The notes under the pieces: generated by a model | The model's database searches: none | Told to the model about the DNA's origin: nothing | Seen by the model: the letters and a program-made list of their open reading frames with translations, nothing else | In this document: one piece after another, positions 55,206 to 63,994 of the stretch | Numbering within the stretch: position 1 is the stretch's first letter | How the letters are laid out: each line of letters starts with the position of its first letter | Position numbers and translations under genes: made by a program | DNA from: Candidatus Aminicenantes bacterium | GTDB lineage: Bacteria > Acidobacteriota > Aminicenantia > UBA2199 | Reading direction: 5' to 3' | Assembly: GCA_011049425.1 (NCBI GenBank) | Contig: DSBM01000119.1 | Span: forward strand, 24,622-88,621 | DNA: 64,000 nt

Positions 55206-55682
55206 ATGTCGTTACTGAATGCCAGACAATTGGTCCGTCAAGCTATTCGGCTGGAAGAAAACGGCGAACGCTTTTATCGCCGCTGGACGGAGCGGGCCGA
55301 CGATCCTGATAACAAGGAATTTTTTCTCTATCTGGCCGACGAAGAAGTCAAGCACCGCCGTCTTTTTGAAAATCTGGCGGAAGAGGTGTCGGACTGTCCC
55401 ATGGATACCGAGGTTTACGGCGAATACATGGCCTATATGCAGGGGTTTGTTGACGACACCCTGTTCAACGAAAAGGTGTACGGCGGCGAAATGGAAAAGA
55501 TCAACACCCTGCCGGAAGCCGTTGAGTTCGCCATGCGCCAGGAACTCGATTCCGTGCTTTTTTACCTGGAACTCAAAACCTTCGTCCCCTCCGCGCAGGA
55601 AGAGATGATTGAGGCCATCGTTAAAGAGGAACGCTGCCACTACGCCAGCCTGTTGAAGTTCAAACGCGACCTGAATGCCTGA
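55206..55682 (+). CDS. ferritin-like/rubrerythrin-family diiron four-helix-bundle protein
   Basis: E...ExxH pattern twice: EENGERFY...ADEEVKH and RQELDSVLFY...VKEERCH. AAGGAGG RBS. Confidence 0.68.
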   Translation: MSLLNARQLVRQAIRLEENGERFYRRWTERADDPDNKEFFLYLADEEVKHRRLFENLAEEVSDCPMDTEVYGEYMAYMQGFVDDTLFNEKVYGGEMEKINTLPEAVEFAMRQELDSVLFYLELKTFVPSAQEEMIEAIVKEERCHYASLLKFKRDLNA

Positions 55683-55720
55683 ACTTCGATTTTTGTCTAT
55701 GGGTTAATCAACTGTCGTCA

Positions 55721-55749
55721 TTGCGGTTGCCCGGGGATTGGTATATAAT
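55721..55749 (+). promoter_or_regulatory. sigma70-like promoter upstream of lptE
   Basis: TTGCGG (55721-55726), 17-nt spacer, TATAAT (55744-55749). Confidence 0.35.
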
Positions 55750-55769
55750 CGCACTTACGGGAAACCAAG

Positions 55770-56276
55770 TTGATCCGCAAAATCATACTGATGCTTTTTG
55801 TTGCCGTGATGCTTTACGGGTGCGGCTATCGCCTTTCCGGGACCGGAGCCTTTCTGCCCGGGCACGTAAAGACCATCCTTATCCGCAATTTCGAGAACGA
55901 GACCAGTCGTTACCAGGCTGAGCAATTCGTAACTTTCGCGGTGCGGGATGAGTTTATCCGTCGTGTGCGCCTGAAAATGGTGGAAGGTATGGATGAGGCG
56001 GATGCCGTTCTGGAAGGCAGGATTATCTCTTTTACCGTGACTCCGGTTTCGTACTCCGAGTCCGCCGCCGACAAGTTTCAGGTTAGTATTGTGCTCGATA
56101 TTCGGCTCATGGATCTCAAGGAAGGCCGGGTCTTGTTTGAGAACCGGCATCTGCGTTTCGTGGACGCCTATGAAGTCGATTCCGCCGATTTCTTTTCCAT
56201 GGAGACTGAATCGCTGCAGCGCATATCCCGGGCTTTCGCCGTATCCGTCGTAACCTCAATCCTGGAAGATTTCTGA
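55770..56276 (+). CDS. lptE: LPS-assembly lipoprotein LptE
   Basis: Lipobox MLYGCGYRLSG. Sits before holA, as in many diderms. TTG start; alternative ATG at 55791. Confidence 0.7.
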   Translation: MIRKIILMLFVAVMLYGCGYRLSGTGAFLPGHVKTILIRNFENETSRYQAEQFVTFAVRDEFIRRVRLKMVEGMDEADAVLEGRIISFTVTPVSYSESAADKFQVSIVLDIRLMDLKEGRVLFENRHLRFVDAYEVDSADFFSMETESLQRISRAFAVSVVTSILEDF

Positions 56277-57352
56277 TGTCCCCGGAGGGATTCTTTTCGT
56301 TTCTCCAGAAAATCAACCGCCGTCAACCTCCGCCGCCCTTTACCATCCTGTCGGGATTTCATGAATTTCTGGGTGAGTGGGTGATCCAGGCGTATATTCA
56401 GACCTTTCTGGAGGACCCCACCGATTTCAACTTTCGCCGTTACTATCTGGAGAGTGATGAAAATACTGGCTGGGGAGACGTGGTGGAAGAAGCCCGGACC
56501 GCCAGTTTTTTTATCCAGTCACGCAAAGTGATCGTGGCCACGGTAAGGGACCCGCGTCGTATCTCCCTGGCAAAGGCCGACCAGGAACTTCTGCGGCAAT
56601 ACCTGGAAAAGCCCTCTTCTCATTCCCTTATTATTCTCTACATTTCCCTGGCACTCACTCCGGATGACTATAAACAACTGCGCAAGGGCAAATTGGCGAC
56701 CCTTTTTAAACATCTGGATTCTCCCGCCACCCGGGTGGTGAACCTGGACGGCATTCGCGACAGCGATGTGTCGGCCTTTATCCGCAACCGCCTCAAGGAG
56801 CGCAACATACGCATTACCACGGGAGCCCTTGAGCGGTTGCAGGAGATCCTGGGGGAGAGATTTGTGACTTCCATTCAATGGATCAACCAGTTTGAGACCT
56901 GGGCGCGTGAAGAAGGCGTGATCGATATCCCGGACGTGGATCACATGATTAGCGGAGTGGATCCCCATTCCATCTGGGACCTGACCGACGCCGTTGAACA
57001 GGAAAATGCCGTCGCATACTTGAAGGTCCTGCGTTATCTCTTTGCCAACGGCGTGAAACCCGCCATGGTGATCGGCACCCTGGTGACCTATTACAACAAG
57101 ATTTTCACCGCCCGTTTTCTGTTGCGCCAGCACCGGTCGACGGCGGAAATCGGAAAAATTCTGCAACAACCCTCTTTTTTTCTGGAGCGTTTCATTCACA
57201 CGGTGCGTCGGTTTTCAGACAACCGCCTGGGTCGAATCCTGGACTTGATCTACCGCATGGATTTTGAGTCCAAAACCGGGGGAGAAGAGGCGGCCCGACT
57301 GCTGTTGCAGCAGTTCATTTTCCAGTTGCGCGCCCGCCGGAACCATGGTTAA
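56276..57352 (+). CDS. holA: DNA polymerase III delta subunit
   Basis: Length and position after lptE. The ATG overlaps the lptE stop (TGATG). Confidence 0.8.
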   Translation: MSPEGFFSFLQKINRRQPPPPFTILSGFHEFLGEWVIQAYIQTFLEDPTDFNFRRYYLESDENTGWGDVVEEARTASFFIQSRKVIVATVRDPRRISLAKADQELLRQYLEKPSSHSLIILYISLALTPDDYKQLRKGKLATLFKHLDSPATRVVNLDGIRDSDVSAFIRNRLKERNIRITTGALERLQEILGERFVTSIQWINQFETWAREEGVIDIPDVDHMISGVDPHSIWDLTDAVEQENAVAYLKVLRYLFANGVKPAMVIGTLVTYYNKIFTARFLLRQHRSTAEIGKILQQPSFFLERFIHTVRRFSDNRLGRILDLIYRMDFESKTGGEEAARLLLQQFIFQLRARRNHG

Positions 57353-57956
57353 GCGGTTTTTCGGGCCGGCTGTGGTTGCTTTTTTGCTGGTGCTCATGGT
57401 CTTTACCGGTTGTGGACGCCGTTACCGGACACCGCAGTTGGCTCCTCCAGGCCAACAGGGGCACGCTTCCGTTGTGATACGGTTTGTGGCTGAAACACGG
57501 ACGGAGCGCCAGAAAGGCCGTGTTGTACTGGATACAGACGGACGTCGTGCGCGCATGCTGTTTCTCAATCCCTTGAACCGCGTGGTGATGGACCTTCACG
57601 TAGAGCTTGACCGGGCAACCCTGGTGAATCGCGGCCGGAAGCGCTATTGGCGCGGTGATTTCAGAGAATTGATCCGGCGTATCTGGCAGTTGCGCCTGGA
57701 ATTCGCGGATTTGCGCCGACTGCTGTTTGACGCGGTTGCGCCCCGGGCCTTGACCCGGCAAGCCGGGCTTCGGGTGCAGGTGGAAAGGGACACGGACTCG
57801 GGATTGCCCGTGATGGTGCAGATCACGGATGGAATCGCGCAGTTGAGGATAACCGTGTTGCGCCGCCGGCGGGTGGCCGGCGTCCTCGATTCCCCCCGTT
57901 CCCTGGAATCCCTGGTGCAGGCCGACCTGGAGGAAGTGATCAGCCATGAAGACTGA
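57345..57956 (+). CDS. lipoprotein, LolB-like by position (upstream of ispE-prs)
   Basis: Lipobox LMVFTGCG. The lolB-ispE-prs order is known from E. coli. Assignment is by context only. Confidence 0.5.
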   Translation: MVKRFFGPAVVAFLLVLMVFTGCGRRYRTPQLAPPGQQGHASVVIRFVAETRTERQKGRVVLDTDGRRARMLFLNPLNRVVMDLHVELDRATLVNRGRKRYWRGDFRELIRRIWQLRLEFADLRRLLFDAVAPRALTRQAGLRVQVERDTDSGLPVMVQITDGIAQLRITVLRRRRVAGVLDSPRSLESLVQADLEEVISHED

Positions 57957-58899
57957 TGCCTCGGTGCACCTGCAATCCTTTGCCAAAATCAACCTGGGAT
58001 TGGAAATCCTGGGCCGCCGGCCCCGGGACGGCTATCACCTTTTGCGAACGGTCTTTCAGACCATTGATCTGTGCGACGACATCCGGGTGACGCCGCAAAA
58101 GGAACGGATCTGTTCGGTTGAAGGGGATTGGCCCGGAGTGAAATGGGGCGGTGACAACACCATTTCCCGGGCATTTCGGGTTCTGGATCGTGAGTACGGA
58201 TTGCCTCACGGTTTTCACGTGCGTGTAAAAAAACGCATTCCGCCGGGATCGGGACTGGGGGGAGGCAGCGGCAACGCCGCGGTCTGCCTGCTCCATTTCG
58301 CGGCCAGTTGCAGCCTGGATGCGGGGATGCCGGCCTTGGCACAAGTGGCTGCTGTTGTGGGCGCGGACGTGCCCTTTTTCCTGGCCGGCGGCACGGTTCT
58401 CGCTGAGGGAATCGGCGAACAGATGACCTTGCTGGAGGATGTGCGGGTACCCTCGCTGGTGGTGGCTCTTCCCGCCGTGGAAGTGTCCACGGCTCGGGTT
58501 TACCGCGGCTTTGGCTTGACAAGCAGGCAGGGAGAAAGTAAAATAGAAGCCTTTTTAAGGACCGGACAACTGACGGGTCTTGAAAACGACCTGGAAGCGG
58601 TAACGTTTGGATATTATCCGGAGGTTCGGACGGCCAAGGAGGCCATCAGCACGGCCGGATGCGGATTCGTGGCCATGAGTGGCAGCGGAGGCGCCGTGTT
58701 CGGTATTCCGGATCCGGGCCCTTCCCTGGAACGATACTTGCGGGGGGTCCGCCTGGTTCGGTCCCGCTTCGTAACCCGGAAAGAGTACCAGGAACGGATT
58801 GGGGCGTGGCCAAGCGGTAAGGCACCGGTTTTTGGAGCCGGTATTCGGAGGTTCGAATCCTCCCGCCCCAGCTTGACCCGTTCAGGCAGGTCAGAATGA
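57946..58899 (+). CDS. ispE: 4-diphosphocytidyl-2-C-methyl-D-erythritol kinase (ORF runs on through the tRNA-Gln gene)
   Basis: FAKINLGLEILGRRPRDGYH, GHMP motif IPPGSGLGGGSGNAA. The homology-like part ends near 58799. No in-frame stop until TGA at 58897-58899. Confidence 0.88.
   Translation: MKTDASVHLQSFAKINLGLEILGRRPRDGYHLLRTVFQTIDLCDDIRVTPQKERICSVEGDWPGVKWGGDNTISRAFRVLDREYGLPHGFHVRVKKRIPPGSGLGGGSGNAAVCLLHFAASCSLDAGMPALAQVAAVVGADVPFFLAGGTVLAEGIGEQMTLLEDVRVPSLVVALPAVEVSTARVYRGFGLTSRQGESKIEAFLRTGQLTGLENDLEAVTFGYYPEVRTAKEAISTAGCGFVAMSGSGGAVFGIPDPGPSLERYLRGVRLVRSRFVTRKEYQERIGAWPSGKAPVFGAGIRRFESSRPSLTRSGRSE
58800..58871 (+). tRNA. tRNA-Gln (anticodon UUG at 58832-58834)
   Basis: Hand-folded cloverleaf. 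Acceptor TGGGGCG/CGCCCCA with U1-A72. D arm GCC-AAGCGGTAA-GGC. Anticodon stem CCGGT/GCCGG with loop TTTTGGA. T arm GGAGG-TTCGAAT-CCTCC. Discriminator G; CCA not encoded. Very similar to E. coli tRNA-Gln. Confidence 0.95.
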
Positions 58900-59855
58900 A
58901 GAGCAAAAACAACTTTTTGGTTTTTTCGGGATCCGCGAATCCCGGCCTGGCGCAGAGCATCGTCTCCCATTTGGGTTGCGAACTGGCGGATTGCACCCTC
59001 ACCACTTTCTCTGACGGTGAGATCCGTTTTCAGAGCCATGAAAACGTGCGTGGCGCCGATGTGTTTATCATCCAGTCCCTGTCCGGGGATATCAATTTTC
59101 ACATCATGGAATTGCTGCTCATGGCGGATGCCCTGAAACGCGCTTCCGCCAAACGCATCACTGCGGTCATCTCCTACTACGCGTATGCCCGCCAGGACCG
59201 TAAGGACCGGCCCCGTGTACCCATTTCCGCGCGTTTACTGGCGGAATTGCTTGAAACCGCGGGATTTTCGCGGATATTGACCATTGACCTGCACGCCAAC
59301 CAGATCCAGGGATTTTTCAATGTGCCGGTGGACAACCTGATGGCCTTGCCCATTTTCGTGTCTTACCTGCGTGAAGAAGCGGATCTGAATTTGAAAAACC
59401 TGGTCATTGTGTCACCGGATGCGGGCGGTGTCGAACGGGCGCGCCTGTTTGCCCGGCCCCTGCACGCGCGCCTGGCCATTGGAGACAAGCGGCGCTCCGG
59501 TCCCAACGTGGCCGAAGTGATGCACATTATCGGTGAAGTCGACGGTTGCGACGCCATTGTGGTGGATGACATCGTGGATACGGCCGGCACCATGACCCAG
59601 ACCATTCGGGCCATTAGGGAAAACGGCGCCCGCCGCGTATTCGCCGCCTGCACCCACGGAATCTTTTCCGGAAAAGCCTTGCAACGGCTGACCGACTCCC
59701 CCCTGGAAAAGATCTTTGTGACCGATACCATTGCCCAGGAAGCCAATCTGCGTGCCAATAACAAGATCCAGGTTCTTTCCGTGGCGCAACTGTTTGCGGA
59801 TGCCATAGCCAGCATCCGTGATGAGACATCGGTATCCAAGTTGTTTTTGATATAG
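58896..59855 (+). CDS. prs: ribose-phosphate pyrophosphokinase
   Basis: VFSGSANPGLA, YYAYARQDRK, IVSPDAGGVERAR, VVDDIVDTAGT. Confidence 0.97.
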   Translation: MKSKNNFLVFSGSANPGLAQSIVSHLGCELADCTLTTFSDGEIRFQSHENVRGADVFIIQSLSGDINFHIMELLLMADALKRASAKRITAVISYYAYARQDRKDRPRVPISARLLAELLETAGFSRILTIDLHANQIQGFFNVPVDNLMALPIFVSYLREEADLNLKNLVIVSPDAGGVERARLFARPLHARLAIGDKRRSGPNVAEVMHIIGEVDGCDAIVVDDIVDTAGTMTQTIRAIRENGARRVFAACTHGIFSGKALQRLTDSPLEKIFVTDTIAQEANLRANNKIQVLSVAQLFADAIASIRDETSVSKLFLI

Positions 59856-59882
59856 ATCAGCACTGTTAACGAGGAGCATTCA

Positions 59883-60533
59883 ATGCAAGACATTATTGCC
59901 ATCAAGGCGGAGCCCCGCGAACGATTGGGGAAGGGTATTGCCAAAAAACTGCGCCATAGCGGCCGCGTTCCCGCGATCATATACGGCGGAAAAGAGGAAT
60001 CGATCCCGATTTCCATCAGCCGGGAAGATCTCAAATCCATCCTGAAATCCGACAAAGGCATCAACTCCTTGCTTCGTATTGAGCGGGAATCCATTGTTGT
60101 GGACGCCATGCTCAAGGAGGTCCAGTACGATTACCTGCAGGAGACGCCGATTCATGTGGATCTGATCCGTATCGACCTAAACAAACCCGTGGTGATCAGC
60201 GTTCCTATCGCCATTGTCGGCGAAGCCATCGGCATCAAGGAAGAGGACGGCATATTTGATTTCGTGACCCGCACCCTGGAACTGCGTTGCCTGCCGAACC
60301 GGATCCCCCGCGAGATCACCGTTGATGTGTCCGAACTGCACGCGGGAAGCTCCATTAAAGTGGAGGACCTGCAATTCAGTGAAGACGTCGAAATGCTGGC
60401 CGACCCGCGTTCCGTGATCTGCGCCGTAACCGCCAAAACCGCTGAAGAAGAGGTCGTGGTAGAGGAAGAAGAACTCGTGGAGGGCGAAGAAGCCGCGCCC
60501 GACGAGGGCGAGCCTGAGTCGGAAAGCGAGTAG
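59883..60533 (+). CDS. rplY: 50S ribosomal protein L25 / general stress protein Ctc (long form with acidic tail)
   Basis: RERLGKGIAKKLRHSGRVPAIIYG. Confidence 0.93.
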   Translation: MQDIIAIKAEPRERLGKGIAKKLRHSGRVPAIIYGGKEESIPISISREDLKSILKSDKGINSLLRIERESIVVDAMLKEVQYDYLQETPIHVDLIRIDLNKPVVISVPIAIVGEAIGIKEEDGIFDFVTRTLELRCLPNRIPREITVDVSELHAGSSIKVEDLQFSEDVEMLADPRSVICAVTAKTAEEEVVVEEEELVEGEEAAPDEGEPESESE

Positions 60534-60557
60534 AGGGAGGCGTGCATCACTGTCTTT

Positions 60558-61265
60558 GTGGGCCTGGGCAATCCCGACCCGGCATACCTCAATTCACCGC
60601 ACAATGTCGGTTTTCAATCCGTTCTGCGTTTGCACGAATTGCTTGGCAGCGACGAACCGCTCGATCTGGGAACCGTGGTTCTGCGGCGGGGAACACATGC
60701 AGGGCAGCCCTTTGTACTTGCCCGGCCACTCACCTGGATGAACGATTCCGGGCGCGGGGTGGAATGTCTGTTGCGCTACCTGGAGGCGGACGTGTCTGAT
60801 TTGGTGGTCATCACCGATGATATCGACCTGCCATTGAGTGAAATCCGTATTCGCGCCGAAGGCGGTGCGGGTACGCATCGCGGCATGCGATCTCTGGTGC
60901 AAACCCTGGAGCGAAAGGATTTTGCCCGGATCCGTATCGGTATTTATCCCGATGATTCTGCGCCGGTGGACCTGGCCGCCTACGTGTTGGCCCCTTTGCA
61001 GGGAGACGCTCGGAAGAAACTGGAAAAAGGCGTGGAACGGGCCGTTTCCGCCGCGCGGGAACTGCTCGAAAGCCGGAACATCCAGGCTGTGATGAATCGC
61101 TTCAACCGCCGAAGTCGCCGGGAATCAAACCCCGGTCCGAATACACTCTTTGCTCCCCCGGATGGGGGGGGCTGCCGGTCCCTCACCGGGACCGGAGCGG
61201 CGCATGCCGCCTCAATCCAAAAGGAGGATGAATGCAACGATCGTATGAAATCGGGTTCATCGTAA
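60558..61265 (+). CDS. pth: peptidyl-tRNA hydrolase (start codon uncertain; long C-terminal extension)
   Basis: GLGNPDPAYLNSPHNVGF, ITDDIDLPLSEIRIR..GGAGTHRGMRS. The conserved beta-1 strand residues ITVFV lie upstream of the GTG at 60558, where the only in-frame candidate is ATC at 60546. Confidence 0.85.
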   Translation: MGLGNPDPAYLNSPHNVGFQSVLRLHELLGSDEPLDLGTVVLRRGTHAGQPFVLARPLTWMNDSGRGVECLLRYLEADVSDLVVITDDIDLPLSEIRIRAEGGAGTHRGMRSLVQTLERKDFARIRIGIYPDDSAPVDLAAYVLAPLQGDARKKLEKGVERAVSAARELLESRNIQAVMNRFNRRSRRESNPGPNTLFAPPDGGGCRSLTGTGAAHAASIQKEDECNDRMKSGSS

Positions 61266-61666
61266 ATCCCGATGCAACCGAAGAGGAAGTCAAGAAGATC
61301 AATGACCTTGTGGTTTCCCTTGTGGAAAAGAACGAAGGCAAGGTGGACAAAGTAGACGAGTGGGGCAGGCGCCCGCTCGCTTATCCCATCGAGGATCATG
61401 CGGAAGGGATCTACACTTTTGTCAACGCCACCATGGACGGCGGCAATGTTGCGGAACTGGAAAAACGCATCAAGTTAAGCGAAAAGGTGATGCGCTACAT
61501 TATCATGCGTTTGGATGATCGTTTGCGCAAAAGCAATCGCTTGGTAAAGAAGTGGAAGCGCAATGATGAACGCCGCTCCCGCGAACCGAACCGGGACCAG
61601 GATGGTGATGATCGCAGGCGTGAACCCCGGAGCAGGGATCAACAGGAGGATAGCGATGGCAAATAG
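61232..61666 (+). CDS. rpsF: 30S ribosomal protein S6
   Basis: [13 protein letters not shown]...[20 protein letters not shown]. Confidence 0.95.
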   Translation: MQRSYEIGFIVNPDATEEEVKKINDLVVSLVEKNEGKVDKVDEWGRRPLAYPIEDHAEGIYTFVNATMDGGNVAELEKRIKLSEKVMRYIIMRLDDRLRKSNRLVKKWKRNDERRSREPNRDQDGDDRRREPRSRDQQEDSDGK

Positions 61667-61922
61667 ACCCCAACCCCAACGTCGAAGCAATAAAAAGTTT
61701 TATTTTTCGCGCAAAAAATTCTGTGTGTTCTGTAAGGACCGGGTCCAGTTCATTGATTACAAGAACTACAAGCCCCTGGAACGTTTCATGATGGAGACGG
61801 GCAAGATCGTTCCATCCCGGGTGAGCGGCGTGTGTTCCTACCACCAGAAACAGTTGACCAAGGCCATCAAGCGGGCGCGTCATATGGCGCTGCTCCAGTT
61901 TGCCGAGTCCAGGAGGGGTTGA
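61656..61922 (+). CDS. rpsR: 30S ribosomal protein S18
   Basis: [16 protein letters not shown]...[33 protein letters not shown]. Confidence 0.95.
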   Translation: MANRPQPQRRSNKKFYFSRKKFCVFCKDRVQFIDYKNYKPLERFMMETGKIVPSRVSGVCSYHQKQLTKAIKRARHMALLQFAESRRG

Positions 61923-61923
61923 C

Positions 61924-62517
61924 ATGAAGGTATTGCTGACTAGAGAAGTCGACAAACTTGGAATCGTGGGAGATGTGGTGGATGTGAAGCCCGGCTATGC
62001 CCGGAATTTCCTTTTGCCCCGGGGGCTGGCGCTGAACGTGACTCCCCACAACGTCGCCCTTATGGAACGCAGGAAAATCAAGTACTTGAAGGAGTTGGAA
62101 TCCCTGCGTGAGAAGGCGGAAGCCCAGAAGGAATCCCTGGAAGCCGTGCTCCTGGAATTCGAACGCAAGGCCGGGGAGAACGGCGTTTTGTTTGGATCCG
62201 TTACCACCACGGACATAGAGACATACCTGGCGGAGAAAGGATTTGAAGTGGATCGCAAACGCTTTCACCTGCCTGAAGCCATCAAGAAAGTGGGTGAGTT
62301 CACCTGCCTGTTCAAATTGCATCCGGAAGTAACCGCTGAAATGCGCATTAGAGTGAAGCCTGAAGGCGAGATGGAACCTGTGGCCGTGACGGAGGAACCG
62401 CAAACGGCAGCGGATGAACCCAATACCGAAGGTGCTAAGCCGGAGGAGATTGAGGAACAATCCGCGGATTCCGACGAAAAATCGCAAAGCGACAGCGAAG
62501 ATTTAACCGGGGATTGA
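61924..62517 (+). CDS. rplI: 50S ribosomal protein L9 (with acidic C-terminal extension)
   Basis: MKVLLTREVDKLGIVGDVVDVKPGYARNFLLPRGLA. Confidence 0.95.
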   Translation: MKVLLTREVDKLGIVGDVVDVKPGYARNFLLPRGLALNVTPHNVALMERRKIKYLKELESLREKAEAQKESLEAVLLEFERKAGENGVLFGSVTTTDIETYLAEKGFEVDRKRFHLPEAIKKVGEFTCLFKLHPEVTAEMRIRVKPEGEMEPVAVTEEPQTAADEPNTEGAKPEEIEEQSADSDEKSQSDSEDLTGD

Positions 62518-62525
62518 CAATCGTT

Positions 62526-62559
62526 CCCTCCGCCGCGGCACTGTCGCCGTGGCGGAGGG
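62526..62559 (+). other. GC-rich stem-loop between rplI and dnaB
   Basis: CCCTCCGCC (62526-62534) pairs with GGCGGAGGG (62551-62559) across a 16-nt loop. No U tract follows. Confidence 0.35.
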
Positions 62560-62593
62560 GTACGGCCCAGGCCGAGACAAGGGAGGGAAGCCA

Positions 62594-63994
62594 ATGCCGG
62601 ATGGCAGTCAGTCGGGACTGATTCCCGCCATGCCGCACGACGAGTTTTCCGAGCGTGCTTTGCTGGGAGCTATGCTCATTGACAATCGCTATGTCAATGA
62701 GGTGTTTTCTGAGATCAATTCCGATGACTTTTACCGTGAATCCCACCGGGTGATCGCCGCGGCCGTGGATTACTTGGTCAACAAAGGAAAAACCGCGGAC
62801 ATGATCACCGTGTCCGGCCTGCTGAAAGGCCGCCGGCAATTAAAAATCGCCGGGGGTTATGATTACATCGCTTCCGTGGTGGACGGCATTCCGGAAAAGC
62901 TGGATATCGCTGAATATGTCCAGGTGGTCAAGGATCGCTCCGCGTTGAGGCAGATCATGCAGACCTCCCTGGGCGTGATCGATCAGGGGGCGCAGACTCC
63001 GCATGAAGGATCGGAGGCGGTGCTGAACCGCTTGCAGGAATCGATTATCAAGATCTCTGAGAGCCGGATCAAACGAGGCTTTCACCCCATGCAGGAATTG
63101 GTTCCCGCCACTGTTGAGTTGGTTAACCGCATCCAGAAACACGGGGAAAGCGAAGGCTTGAAAACAGACCTGACGGAACTGGATAACATGACCGCGGGAT
63201 TTCATCCCGGCGACCTGATCGTAATCGCCGCCCGCCCCTCCATGGGAAAGACCGCGCTTGGGCTTAATGTGGCTGCACGCATGGCCATCAAGTACGAAAA
63301 AACCGTGGGGTTTTTTTCAATCGAGATGGCAAGGACCCAGATCATCATGCGCCTGCTGGCTCTGGAAGGCCGGGTTTCCATGGCCGCCCTGCGTACGGGC
63401 AAACCACGCCTGACTCAGAAGGAGTGGGCCGACCTGGAACTGGCCGCCACCAACCTGGGCCGGGCCGGATTGTATATCGATGATTCCCCCAGCCTTTCCA
63501 TTGTGGAAATGAAGACGCGGGCGCGGCGCTTGAAGAACGAGCGGGGCCTGGATATCGTGTTTGTGGATTATCTACAACTGCTTAAAGTGGGTGCGGACAT
63601 GGTCCGCCGCAGCGATTCGCGCGCCCAGGAAGTGTCTGCCATTAGTTCGGCCTTAAAAGAGATGGCCAAGGAACTGCAGATTCCCGTAGTGGCGCTGGCC
63701 CAGTTGAACCGCTCACCGGAAACCCGCGGTACACGTCGCAGTGAAGGTCCCAAGTATCAGTTGTCTGACTTGAAAGAGAGCGGCGCTATTGAACAGGACG
63801 CGGACCTGGTGATGTTTCTCCACCGCGAGGAACAGAACGATCATGACACGGAGCGCAAGGGAGAAGCCGACCTGATCGTGGCCAAGCAGCGCAACGGTCC
63901 CACCGGGCGTATTGTGCTCACTTTTATCGACAAGTACACCAAGTTCCTGAATTATCAGCGTGCTCCGGGAATGCCGGATACCGAAGTTTTCTAG
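62594..63994 (+). CDS. dnaB: replicative DNA helicase
   Basis: ERALLGAMLID, Walker A ARPSMGKTALGLN, FVDYLQLL, ALAQLNRS, EQDADLVMFLHRE. ATG at 62594 follows GGGAGGGAAG; the track ORF starts at a GTG at 62549. Confidence 0.95.
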   Translation: MPDGSQSGLIPAMPHDEFSERALLGAMLIDNRYVNEVFSEINSDDFYRESHRVIAAAVDYLVNKGKTADMITVSGLLKGRRQLKIAGGYDYIASVVDGIPEKLDIAEYVQVVKDRSALRQIMQTSLGVIDQGAQTPHEGSEAVLNRLQESIIKISESRIKRGFHPMQELVPATVELVNRIQKHGESEGLKTDLTELDNMTAGFHPGDLIVIAARPSMGKTALGLNVAARMAIKYEKTVGFFSIEMARTQIIMRLLALEGRVSMAALRTGKPRLTQKEWADLELAATNLGRAGLYIDDSPSLSIVEMKTRARRLKNERGLDIVFVDYLQLLKVGADMVRRSDSRAQEVSAISSALKEMAKELQIPVVALAQLNRSPETRGTRRSEGPKYQLSDLKESGAIEQDADLVMFLHREEQNDHDTERKGEADLIVAKQRNGPTGRIVLTFIDKYTKFLNYQRAPGMPDTEVF

